NCBI GenBank assembly: GCA_039683575.1
Contig: JBDKRC010000311.1
Span: 1 to 15,790 of the forward strand
Direction of reading: 5' to 3'
DNA: 15,790 bases
Origin: Armatimonadia bacterium
GTDB lineage: Bacteria; Armatimonadota; Zipacnadia; Zipacnadales; UBA11051
Shown here: one piece after another, positions 6,717 to 14,616 of the stretch
Numbering within the stretch: position 1 is the stretch's first letter
How the letters are laid out: each line of letters starts with the position of its first letter
The notes under the pieces: generated by a model
Told to the model about the DNA's origin: nothing
Databases searched by the model: none
What the model saw: the letters and a program-made list of their open reading frames with translations, nothing else
Translations under genes and position numbers: made by a program

Positions 6717-7211
6717 ATGCCATGCCGCAAATATCAGTATCTGATCGGAACAGAGAAGGCGGAGAAACTAGCGGAGAATGAACCCTTACAAGCGCACCTG
6801 CGCGAATGCACAGAGTGCGCCCAACTTGCCCGGGAAATGCAGCAACTGGCCGGGATACTCCGCGGGCTGGACGTTCTGGAGGCCCCGGAGACCCTTGGTC
6901 AGAGGGTGAGCACCCGCATAGCTGCGAGCCCGCCGTCACCGCGTTCGTGGTGGCAACGGCTCCGGGATGCGCTGGGTGGTCCCGCTCCAGTGCTGCAGCC
7001 GCGTCAGGCGCTAGCCGCAGCCGGTTTGATCGTACTGGTAGTTGCGCTGCTCGCAGTCGTCTTTTACCAACCATCAGCCTCCACGCCGGTGACCGCAGTG
7101 CCGGCCCTCGCCTCACCTGCTGGGAGTCAGCCGATTTCCTACCCGGAAGGCGGACCAAACTCCGGCGCCGCACCAGGAGCTACCGGCAATACCGACCGAA
7201 CCACCAAGTGA
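6717..7211 (+). CDS. Zinc-binding (zf-HC2/ZAS) transmembrane anti-sigma factor
   Basis: N-terminal Cys plus HLRECTEC (HxxxCxxC) and one hydrophobic helix ALAAAGLIVLVVALLAVVFY. Immediately follows the sigma gene; RBS GGAGG. Confidence 0.85.
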   Translation: MPCRKYQYLIGTEKAEKLAENEPLQAHLRECTECAQLAREMQQLAGILRGLDVLEAPETLGQRVSTRIAASPPSPRSWWQRLRDALGGPAPVLQPRQALAAAGLIVLVVALLAVVFYQPSASTPVTAVPALASPAGSQPISYPEGGPNSGAAPGATGNTDRTTK

Positions 7212-7230
7212 TACCAGGCTGCCAAAGTGG

Positions 7231-7270
7231 AAATGGGGCGCATCCCAATCGGGATGCGCCCCATTTGATT
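7231..7270. terminator. Probable bidirectional intrinsic terminator between the anti-sigma gene and pnp
   Basis: Perfect 16-bp stem AAATGGGGCGCATCCC (7231-7246)/GGGATGCGCCCCATTT (7251-7266), loop AATC, between convergent genes. Confidence 0.8.
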
Positions 7271-7293
7271 CCAACTGTGTTGTCTACCAGCTA

Positions 7294-9582
7294 TCAGGTC
7301 CGCTTCTTGCGGAAGTACGGCTTGGGCCGTCCACCCTCTTCTTCGCCCCCGCCAGCGTCGGCTGAGGGACGGTGTCCGCCTGAGGGCCTGGCGGCGCCGC
7401 CGCCGCCACTACCACCACCGGGCCGGGGCCGGCCACGGTCGCCGCCGCGGTCTCCGCCACGATCGCCACCGCCGCCACGTCCACCGGTCTCGGGAACGTA
7501 GTTGGCGGGCTTGGGCAGCAGTTCCTTGCGGCTCAGCCGGATCTTGCCGTCGCTGTCCACTTCGATGACCTTCACCTGGAGCTTGTCACCGGGCTTGACG
7601 ACGTCCTGAGTGCTCTTGACGTGCTCCCAGGCCAGATGCGAGATGTGCACGAGGCCCTCGCGTCCGGGCAGGATCTCCACGAAGGCGCCGAAGTCGGTGG
7701 TTGAGACGACTTCGCCCTCGAAGACTTCCCCTACCTCGACGACACGCGTCAGGTCATTGATTGCGCTGCGGGCTGCTTCGACGCCCTCGGCGTTGGTCCC
7801 GAAGACGAGGACCGTGCCGTCGTCTTCGATGTCAATGTTGACTTCATAGGTATCCTGCAAGCGGCGGATGTTCTTGCCGCCGGGGCCGATTACCAGGCCG
7901 ATCTGCTCCTTCTGGATGATCAGGGAGAGCATGCGCGGGGCGTACTTCGACAGCTCCTGGCGCGGGTACGGGATGGCGTCGGCCATGACGTCCAGGACGT
8001 GCAATCGCGCGTTGTGCGCCTGGCGCAAGCCGTCGGCCAGGATTTCGAGCGAGACGCCCTGCGTCTTGGTGTCCATCTGGATGCAGTTGACGCCGGAGCG
8101 CGTCCCGGCGATCTTGAGGTCCATGCCGCCCATGAAGTCCTCGATGGCTTCCATGTCAACGAGCAGGCGGTAGTCATCGCAGCAGTCGATCAGACCGATG
8201 GAGATACCCGCTACGGGGGCCTTGATCGGCACACCGGCGTCCATGAGGGCCAGTGTCGAGCCACAGACCGCCGCCATGGAGGTCGAGGCGTTGGCCTGCA
8301 GGACCTCGGAGACGAGACGGATGGTGTACGGGAACTCGGCCTCGGGCGGCAGAACCCGCTCGATGGCCTTCCGGGCGAGTGCGCCGTGACCGATCTCGCG
8401 GCGTCCGGTCCCACGCAGCCCGCGCACTTCGCCGGTCGAGTACGGCGGGAAGTTGTAGTGGTGCATGAACCGGGTGTACTCTTCTTCCTCGAGCGTCCGG
8501 ATCATTCTCTGGTCGCTAACCGCGCCAAGGGTGGCGATGGTCATGACCTGCGTCACGCCACGGTTGAAGAGCCCGGAGCCGTGAACGCGGGGGAGCAAGC
8601 CCACTTCGGCGCTGAGCGGCCGCACTTCGTCGAGCGCCCGGCCGTCCGCGCGCTTGCCCTCGTTGATCGCCAAGGCTTTGAGATACTCCTTGATGATCGT
8701 CTCAAAAGCCTCGTAGATGTCGCTCTCGGGCTTCTCGTGCTGCTCGGAGAGTTCGGTCGCAGCCTGGTCGCGGAGGGCGTCCAACGCCCGCTCACGGCCG
8801 AGCTTGTCACTGCTGAGCACGACTTCCTGCAGGCGCTGGGTGTAGTTGTCGCGCAGATACTGCAGGATTTCCTCGCGCGGCTCCCAGATCTTCATGTCAG
8901 CTTTGGGCTTGCCGGCCTTTTCCCGGAGCTCATCCATGGCGGCGCGGATCGGCACACAGGCCTCTTCAGCGATGCGCATGGCCTCGACAACGACTTCCTC
9001 GGGGACCTCGCTGCCTTCCATCTCCACCATGACGATGCCCCTGGGGCCGGAGGAGACGACGACATCGAGCTCGGCCTCGGAGAGCTGGTCGAAACTCGGG
9101 TTGATGATGAACTCGCCATTCAGACGGGCGACGCGCACTGAGGCCAAGGGCCCTTCGAAGGGCACGCTCGAGAGATGCACGGAGAGTGAGGCCGCATTCA
9201 TGGCCACAATGTCGGTGAGGTTCGCGTTCTCAGCCGACAGGGGGTTCACGATGATCTGCACGTCGTGGCGCAGTCCGTGCGGCAGCAGCGGCCGGATAGG
9301 CCGGTCTATCTTGCGGGAAACCAGGGTCGCTTCTTCGGAGGGGCGGCCCTCACGCTTGAAGAACCCGCCGGGAATGCGGCCCACGGCGTACATCTTCTCT
9401 TCGAAATCAACGCGCAACGGCAGGAAATTGGCGTCTACGGGCTTGTCAGTGACGCCGCAGGTGCCGAGCACCACTGTCTCGCCGTAGGTCACCACTACCG
9501 AGGCGTTGACCAACTGCGCCAGCTTGCCTGTCTGGAATGACATAGGCCTGCCGGCGACATCCACACTTACCTCATTTATCAA
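7294..9582 (-). CDS. pnp: Polyribonucleotide nucleotidyltransferase (PNPase)
   Basis: GRIPGGFFKREGRP, HHYNFPPYSTGE, RREIGHG, KH (IGPGGKNIR) and S1 (FGAFVEI...GLVHISHL) motifs. Start set at TTG 9582 with GGAGGA 7 nt upstream; the track ATG at 9597 overlaps that SD. Downstream of rpsO as is usual. Confidence 0.96.
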   Translation of the reverse strand: MINEVSVDVAGRPMSFQTGKLAQLVNASVVVTYGETVVLGTCGVTDKPVDANFLPLRVDFEEKMYAVGRIPGGFFKREGRPSEEATLVSRKIDRPIRPLLPHGLRHDVQIIVNPLSAENANLTDIVAMNAASLSVHLSSVPFEGPLASVRVARLNGEFIINPSFDQLSEAELDVVVSSGPRGIVMVEMEGSEVPEEVVVEAMRIAEEACVPIRAAMDELREKAGKPKADMKIWEPREEILQYLRDNYTQRLQEVVLSSDKLGRERALDALRDQAATELSEQHEKPESDIYEAFETIIKEYLKALAINEGKRADGRALDEVRPLSAEVGLLPRVHGSGLFNRGVTQVMTIATLGAVSDQRMIRTLEEEEYTRFMHHYNFPPYSTGEVRGLRGTGRREIGHGALARKAIERVLPPEAEFPYTIRLVSEVLQANASTSMAAVCGSTLALMDAGVPIKAPVAGISIGLIDCCDDYRLLVDMEAIEDFMGGMDLKIAGTRSGVNCIQMDTKTQGVSLEILADGLRQAHNARLHVLDVMADAIPYPRQELSKYAPRMLSLIIQKEQIGLVIGPGGKNIRRLQDTYEVNIDIEDDGTVLVFGTNAEGVEAARSAINDLTRVVEVGEVFEGEVVSTTDFGAFVEILPGREGLVHISHLAWEHVKSTQDVVKPGDKLQVKVIEVDSDGKIRLSRKELLPKPANYVPETGGRGGGGDRGGDRGGDRGRPRPGGGSGGGGAARPSGGHRPSADAGGGEEEGGRPKPYFRKKRT

Positions 9583-9598
9583 GTGAGTATCCTCCATG

Positions 9599-9754
9599 GG
9601 GTCCGGACGGGGGAGGCGGAGAAGGTGAGGAAACAGTGAAAGGGGAGGGATTGTGGGAGGGGCACTGCCCCCGAAGGTCGCGGTCGGTGACCGCTCCCAC
9701 AGGTTTGCTCCGCTTTCACTGATTCCCCGCTTCTCGTCACCCTCCGTCCGGCCC
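9599..9754 (-). promoter_or_regulatory. Long imperfect stem-loop in the pnp leader (RNase III-site-like)
   Basis: Paired segments CCGGACGG/CCGTCCGG (9603-9610/9744-9751), GAGAAG/CTTCTC (9619-9624/9730-9735), CAGTGAAAG/CTTTCACTG (9634-9642/9713-9721) and GGAG/CTCC. Confidence 0.7.
9652..9701. repeat. REP-like doublet (TGTGGGAG type) at the apex of the pnp leader hairpin
   Basis: TGTGGGAGGGGCACTGCCCCCGA (9652-9674) faces an inverted TGTGGGAGCGGTCACCGACCGCGA (9701-9678). Each arm has its own hairpin with a 3-nt loop. Confidence 0.65.
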
Positions 9755-9775
9755 TGCTACTTTGCCCTTAAGGGC

Positions 9776-9817
9776 AAAACACAAAAGCTACGCCCCGTTT
9801 TTGCCGGAGCGTAGCTT
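9776..9817 (-). terminator. Intrinsic terminator after rpsO
   Basis: Minus strand AAGCTACGCTCCG-GCAAAAA-CGGGGCGTAGCTT followed by TTGTGTTTT. Confidence 0.8.
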
Positions 9818-9863
9818 GTTGTTTCATAGTTTCTGCACCAGCCCACTCCCCCGTCCACACACT

Positions 9864-10130
9864 CTATCTCCTCAGACTGAGCTCACCAAGCAACTGGCGG
9901 TAGCGGTCAATGTCTTTGTTGCGCAGATAGTTCAACAGACGTCGCCGCTGCCCTACGAGTTTGAGCAGACCGCGCCGGGAGTGATGGTCTTTCTTATGCT
10001 GCTGCAAGTGCTGGGTCAGGTATTCGATGCGTCCGGTGAGCAGCGCGATCTGCACTGCCGGCGAACCGGTGTCGCCTTCTTTGGTAGCGAACCGGCCGAT
10101 GATCTCCTGCTTGTCCTGCTTGTCGAGCAT
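9864..10130 (-). CDS. rpsO: 30S ribosomal protein S15
   Basis: 88 aa [11 protein letters not shown]...[14 protein letters not shown]...[28 protein letters not shown] at 10130 follows a purine-rich RBS. Confidence 0.97.
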   Translation of the reverse strand: MLDKQDKQEIIGRFATKEGDTGSPAVQIALLTGRIEYLTQHLQQHKKDHHSRRGLLKLVGQRRRLLNYLRNKDIDRYRQLLGELSLRR

Positions 10131-10275
10131 GCTAATCCCTCTTCCCTTTCGGGCACGCCACCCTGTGGCATCCCGAGGACGCTGCGCCTGGATTTGTTCG
10201 CTCGTAGAGAGCCTTGGCCCGTGGCCACGGCAGCGCCGGGAACGGCGCGTGTCCCAGCCGGGGCGACGCAACGAC
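10131..10275 (-). promoter_or_regulatory. Structured rpsO 5' leader (candidate S15 autoregulatory RNA)
   Basis: About 145-nt UTR. CGUUGCGUC (10273-10265) pairs with GGCGCAGCG (10188-10180), enclosing the GCUGGGA/UCCCGGC hairpin; a further hairpin (10149-10176) lies next to the RBS. Confidence 0.5.
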
Positions 10276-10281
10276 TGACTT

Positions 10282-10310
10282 AGTATAGCAAACAACTGTA
10301 CGAAAGTAAA
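10282..10310 (-). promoter_or_regulatory. Sigma70 promoter of rpsO
   Basis: Minus strand TTTACT - 17 nt - TATACT, with an extended TG (TGCTATACT). Confidence 0.75.
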
Positions 10311-10365
10311 CACTGAGCAAGCCGTCTGGAGGGCGATGGCGCCGTGCGCACTGCCCTCCCCCACC

Positions 10366-11643
10366 TCAGACGATGATTGTCTCCTCGCGGCCCGGGCCCA
10401 CCGAGACCATTTCCAGCGGCGTCTCAGCCAATTCCGACATCCGCTGCACGTATCTCTGCGCGTTCTCGGGCAGTTCCGCGAGCTTGCGGCAGTGGCTGAT
10501 CTCCGTCTGCCACCCGGGAAGCTCCTCCCAGACGGGCTCCACGCGCTCGAGCAGATCCAGGTTCGCCGGCATCAGCTTCAGCGTCTTGCCGTCGAGCTTG
10601 TAGGCCACGCAGATACTGATCTTCTCGAACGGGTTCAGCACGTCCAGCAGCGTCACTGCCAGGCCTGTCGCCCCGTTGATGCGGGCGGAGGTACCGAGCG
10701 CGACGCCGTCGAGCCAGCCACAGCGGCGCGGACGGCCGGTCGTGGTACCGTACTCCTTGCCCCGCTCGCGGATGAGGTTGCCGGTGTCGTTCAGAAGCTC
10801 GGTCGGGAAAGCCCCTGCCCCGACGCGGGTCATGTAGGCTTTGTTGACGATGGTGACCTGCTTGATCGCTGTCGGCCCGACGCCCGTCCCCAGACATGCC
10901 GAACCGGAAACCGGATGAGAGCTGGTCACGAACGGATAGGTACCATAGTCGAGGTCAAGGAACGTGCCTTGGGCGCCCTCGAAGACGATGCGCGCATCGC
11001 GCTCCATCTGCTCGAATATGATGGCCCGGATGTCGGTGATGTGGTGCCCGAAGACCGGGACATACGACAGGGTCTCTTCGACGACTTCGTCCACATTGAG
11101 CGGAGCGTGGCCGTAGAGGCATTCGAGTATCTTGTTCTTCTCGGCGAGCTGGCCAGCCACGCGCTCGCGCAGGACTTCAGGGTTGAGGAGGTCCCACATG
11201 CGCACCGGCTGCGGCATTCGGGCGGTCTTGTCGGTGTAGACAGGGCCGATGCCACGCAAGGTGGTACCGATGCCTACCTTGCCGCGTGACTCCTCCTGGA
11301 GGCGGTCCAGGACCAGGTGATAGGGCATGATGACGTGCGCATTGCCACTGATGCGCAGGCCCTGGCATGAGACGCCGCGGTCGCGCAATCCCTGGTACTC
11401 TTCGGCCAAGCACTTGGGCTCGATCACGGTGCCGTCACCCATCACGCTGAGGACGTGGTCATGTAGAATGCCGGAGGGGATCAGGTGGAGCTTGAAGGTC
11501 GTGCCGTTGACGACAACGGTGTGGCCGGCATTGCTGCCGCCCTGGTAGCGGACGACGACATCGGCCTGCTCGGCGAGCAGGTCGGTGATCTTGCCCTTTC
11601 CCTCGTCTCCCCATTGCGCGCCGACAACAACCTTGCACGGCAT
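10366..11643 (-). CDS. purA: Adenylosuccinate synthetase
   Basis: [43 protein letters not shown] and [16 protein letters not shown] motifs. ATG at 11643 with a GGAGG SD. Confidence 0.97.
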   Translation of the reverse strand: MPCKVVVGAQWGDEGKGKITDLLAEQADVVVRYQGGSNAGHTVVVNGTTFKLHLIPSGILHDHVLSVMGDGTVIEPKCLAEEYQGLRDRGVSCQGLRISGNAHVIMPYHLVLDRLQEESRGKVGIGTTLRGIGPVYTDKTARMPQPVRMWDLLNPEVLRERVAGQLAEKNKILECLYGHAPLNVDEVVEETLSYVPVFGHHITDIRAIIFEQMERDARIVFEGAQGTFLDLDYGTYPFVTSSHPVSGSACLGTGVGPTAIKQVTIVNKAYMTRVGAGAFPTELLNDTGNLIRERGKEYGTTTGRPRRCGWLDGVALGTSARINGATGLAVTLLDVLNPFEKISICVAYKLDGKTLKLMPANLDLLERVEPVWEELPGWQTEISHCRKLAELPENAQRYVQRMSELAETPLEMVSVGPGREETIIV

Positions 11644-11663
11644 AGGTATACCTCCCTGTACAC

Positions 11664-11734
11664 AGCAAAAAGGGCTCAAGGGGACGAGCCTCCTGAGCCC
11701 TGAAAGTCTAGTTCACGGGCTTTGTGGTTCCCGT
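11664..11734 (-). promoter_or_regulatory. Attenuator-like purA leader (terminator plus overlapping antiterminator)
   Basis: Terminator AGGGCUCAGGAGG-CUCGU-CCCCUUGAGCCCU-UUUUG lies between the promoter and the RBS. An alternative pairing AGCCC(G)UGAA/UUCAGGGCU would disrupt it. Confidence 0.7.
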
Positions 11735-11740
11735 AAGTGT

Positions 11741-11769
11741 CTTATAGCACAGCAGTGCGCCGCTGTCAA
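11741..11769 (-). promoter_or_regulatory. Sigma70 promoter of purA
   Basis: Minus strand TTGACA - 17 nt - TATAAG, with an extended TG. Confidence 0.78.
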
Positions 11770-11777
11770 GGCACGAG

Positions 11778-12581
11778 CTACTGCCCACCGGCCCCCGGAG
11801 CTGGTGTGGCAGGTGCTGCCGGTCCCGGCACAGCGGGAGTTGCGGTTGCCGGCGCGGGGGCGGTGGCACCCGTCGCCGGGCGCAGCTCAGGATACAGCGG
11901 CTGGTTCAGCTTCACGCTGTCCCGATAGCGCTTGAGGTCGTTCAGGAGGCTCTCCATGCGCACTATCAGGCTGTCGATCATGTCATCGCCAGCGATGGCT
12001 TCGTAAGCCTCCACCTCGCCAAGCTGCACGTCGCGGTCTGATCCCCAGTTGGTCAGGATCACCAGCCGCAGGTAGCGCGCCTCGGTCGGCAGGAAGTCGA
12101 AGGTCTGCTTGAAGGGCTTGTTCATTAGCTGCGCGCGCTTGACCAGCGCCCACGGCCCGTTGGCGGTCGTGATCGACGCATACAGCTCAAAGTCCTTTGC
12201 GCCACGGCCGATGAGCGTCGGGTCAACGGTCGTCGGGTCGATAACCAGACGGCTCAGGAGCCGAGTCTGTTCGTTGGCGACCGCGAAGACGATCCACGCC
12301 GGCATGTTAGGCTTGGGCGGGGCATCGGCCGACCAGCCGCAGGAGTTCTCCGGCCGGTAGGTCCCCGTCACGAACTGGCCATCGATAAGGTTGGAGGCCT
12401 GCCACTGCGGCACGGGCTGGCGGTTCTCATCCAGGCGCTGGCTGGAGAAAGAGATGACCTTGCCCCCATTGGCGGCCAGCAACTGGTTGGTGCTGCCGGC
12501 GGTGAAGCCGGCGTCGGTCTGAGCCACGGCGGCCCCAGCAATCAGTGCGACCAGGATTACGGTGACTAGCTGCAAACGCAT
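11778..12581 (-). CDS. Secreted discoidin/F5-8 type C-like (galactose-binding fold) protein
   Basis: Signal peptide MRLQLVTVILVALIAGAAVA-Q; ASNLIDG, W..., KDFELYAS, ARYLRLVILTNWG and LGEVEAY are discoidin-like patterns; Pro/Ala-rich tail. ATG at 12581 follows AGAGGA. Confidence 0.65.
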   Translation of the reverse strand: MRLQLVTVILVALIAGAAVAQTDAGFTAGSTNQLLAANGGKVISFSSQRLDENRQPVPQWQASNLIDGQFVTGTYRPENSCGWSADAPPKPNMPAWIVFAVANEQTRLLSRLVIDPTTVDPTLIGRGAKDFELYASITTANGPWALVKRAQLMNKPFKQTFDFLPTEARYLRLVILTNWGSDRDVQLGEVEAYEAIAGDDMIDSLIVRMESLLNDLKRYRDSVKLNQPLYPELRPATGATAPAPATATPAVPGPAAPATPAPGAGGQ

Positions 12582-12652
12582 GCGTTCTTCCTCTCTCTTC
12601 CGGCCCACACAAGCGGACCATCGGGGCTCAGCGTCCAGATCGGTGCCTCGGC

Positions 12653-14515
12653 CTAGTGCCCTGTTCCCCCGGCGGAGTAGTCATCGCTGAAGACTTCCGC
12701 GTCGTTGTAGTAGACCTGAATTGTTGCGTCTCCGACTATGGTGACAGGGATATCGCGCGACGCGCCGGGGTCAAGCGTCAACTCCTGAACCACCTGACCC
12801 GTTGCGGTATCGTCGCTCTTGATGATCTGTATCTTCTGCCCGCGCTGGTTGCCCTGTGCGATGACATTGACAATCAACCGGCGCTCGTTGGCCTTTTCGT
12901 TGCCTCGAGACGTATCCTCGCGGATGCGCACCTGCGGGTTATCGGGCGCCTGTCCCTCGCCTGCGCCTTCCGCCGGCTGCTCTTCGACAGTCGCAGGCTT
13001 GGGCTCCGGCCCCTTGCTCAGGGTCAGGTTAACGTCTGTCCCCGCGTTCACCTTGTTGCCGCCGGCAGGCTCCTGCTTGACCACTTGCCCCTTGGGGATC
13101 CGCTCGTGGAAGATGCTGTCAACTACCCCAACCTGCAGCTTGTCTGCAGTCAGGCGGTCCCGTGCCTCTGCTTCCGTACGTTCCAGCACATTCGGGACCG
13201 TCACCATCTGCTTGCTACGACTAATCACGAGTGCGACGGCCGTTCCGGCCTCTACCTGCTCACCGATGTCCGGGACCTGCTGCAGAACCGTACCTTCGGG
13301 CGCTGTATCATCTTCCTCGAAGCTGACCTTGCCAACGTGCAGGCCCCTCGCCTCGATCAGCTTCTGCGCTTCTGCCTGGCTGAGTCCTTTGACAGACGGA
13401 ACCTCAACCTTCCTCGCAGTTGTTCCGGGATAAAATGCTTTGGTGACTAGCCAGCCGACGCCCAGCAGCGCCATGATCGCAATGATCACAGCCAGCGCGG
13501 TGGCCGCGGCCACGCTGCCAGGGTTCCTCTCCGGCACGGCCCTGGCACCAGTTGTGGGGGCGGTACGGGTCGGTGCTGGCGACGGCACATGCACTGGGCG
13601 CGGCGGCTCAGCCACTGTCGGCGGCATCTGCGTGGGGGCCAGGCGCATGGTCACTTCATCTGAGATCGGGCCCAGGACGCCGGTGCGGTCGAGATCAACA
13701 CCATCGGCCAGCTTCTCCAGATCCACCAGGAGTTCGTCGGCGCCGCGATAGCGGCGCGGCGTCTCGCGTGCCATTGCCTTGTTGATCACGAACTCGGCTG
13801 ACGGCGTGATGTTGGGGTTGAGTGCCCTCAACGACGGCGGGCGTTCCCGAACGTGCTTGGCCGCGATCTCGGCGGCCGATGAGCCGGTGAACGGCGGCCG
13901 GCCTGTGATGCACTCAAACATCACCACGCCGAGAGAGTAGATATCGGACTGAACGGTCGCCGGGGCCCCCTGAGCCTGCTCGGGAGACACGTAATACGCC
14001 GTTCCCAGGACCAACCCGCTGTCCGTCAGGCCCGAATCGCCTGTCGCCGCAGCAATTCCGAAGTCGGACAGCTTCACTCGGCCATCGTCGGTGAAGAGGA
14101 TGTTGTGCGGCTTGACGTCGCGGTGCACCAACCCCTGCTTGTGCGCGTAGGCCAGCGCCCGCGCGCACTGGATGGTCACTTCCAGCACTTTGCGCAGGGG
14201 CAAGGGGGCGTACTCTTTGATGATCCGCTTGAGATCTGGCTCGGGCAGATACTCCATGACGATGTAGTAGATGTCCTCATCCACACCGGTGTCATAGATC
14301 TGCACGATATTGGGGTGATTCAGCTTTGCGGCCGCATGGGCCTCGCGCCGGAACCGCGCCACCACTTCCTCATTGCTCGCCATCTCCGGGCGCAGGATCT
14401 TTACGGCAACCTCACGTTCGAGGGTGATGTCGAGCGCCTTGTAGACAAGCGCAACGCCACCCTCGCCGATGCGGGCGTCGAGCCGGTAACGTCCAGCTAC
14501 TAGCGATCCAATCAT
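12653..14515 (-). CDS. pknB: Stk1/PknB/PrkC-family transmembrane Ser/Thr kinase with two PASTA domains
   Basis: GEGGVALV, VAVK, HRDVKPHN, DFG and SPEQ motifs; TM helix; two PASTA repeats (VEVPSVKGLS..., VTVPNVLERT...); C-terminal beta-rich domain. Confidence 0.9.
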   Translation of the reverse strand: MIGSLVAGRYRLDARIGEGGVALVYKALDITLEREVAVKILRPEMASNEEVVARFRREAHAAAKLNHPNIVQIYDTGVDEDIYYIVMEYLPEPDLKRIIKEYAPLPLRKVLEVTIQCARALAYAHKQGLVHRDVKPHNILFTDDGRVKLSDFGIAAATGDSGLTDSGLVLGTAYYVSPEQAQGAPATVQSDIYSLGVVMFECITGRPPFTGSSAAEIAAKHVRERPPSLRALNPNITPSAEFVINKAMARETPRRYRGADELLVDLEKLADGVDLDRTGVLGPISDEVTMRLAPTQMPPTVAEPPRPVHVPSPAPTRTAPTTGARAVPERNPGSVAAATALAVIIAIMALLGVGWLVTKAFYPGTTARKVEVPSVKGLSQAEAQKLIEARGLHVGKVSFEEDDTAPEGTVLQQVPDIGEQVEAGTAVALVISRSKQMVTVPNVLERTEAEARDRLTADKLQVGVVDSIFHERIPKGQVVKQEPAGGNKVNAGTDVNLTLSKGPEPKPATVEEQPAEGAGEGQAPDNPQVRIREDTSRGNEKANERRLIVNVIAQGNQRGQKIQIIKSDDTATGQVVQELTLDPGASRDIPVTIVGDATIQVYYNDAEVFSDDYSAGGTGH

Positions 14516-14616
14516 GGGGTTCCGTCACCACCTTCGCCAGGGAATGCGGATGCGTCCAAAAGGCGCTGTGGTACTGTCTGCGTTGTGGGCTGCGATATCA
14601 ACGGAAACCGCCTCTT

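Noticed and set aside
7999-9141. 380-aa ORF antisense to pnp, and similarly the 317-aa ORF 10336-11289 antisense to purA
   Set aside because: In-register antisense frames of conserved housekeeping genes with no independent evidence.
10328-10359. GGAGGGC/GCCCTCC hairpin after purA as a terminator
   Set aside because: Large loop and no U-tract on the minus strand; too weak to call.
10131-10364. N-terminal extension of S15 in the ORF track (166 aa)
   Set aside because: The region contains the rpsO promoter and leader. The canonical 88-aa S15 starts at ATG 10130 with an RBS.
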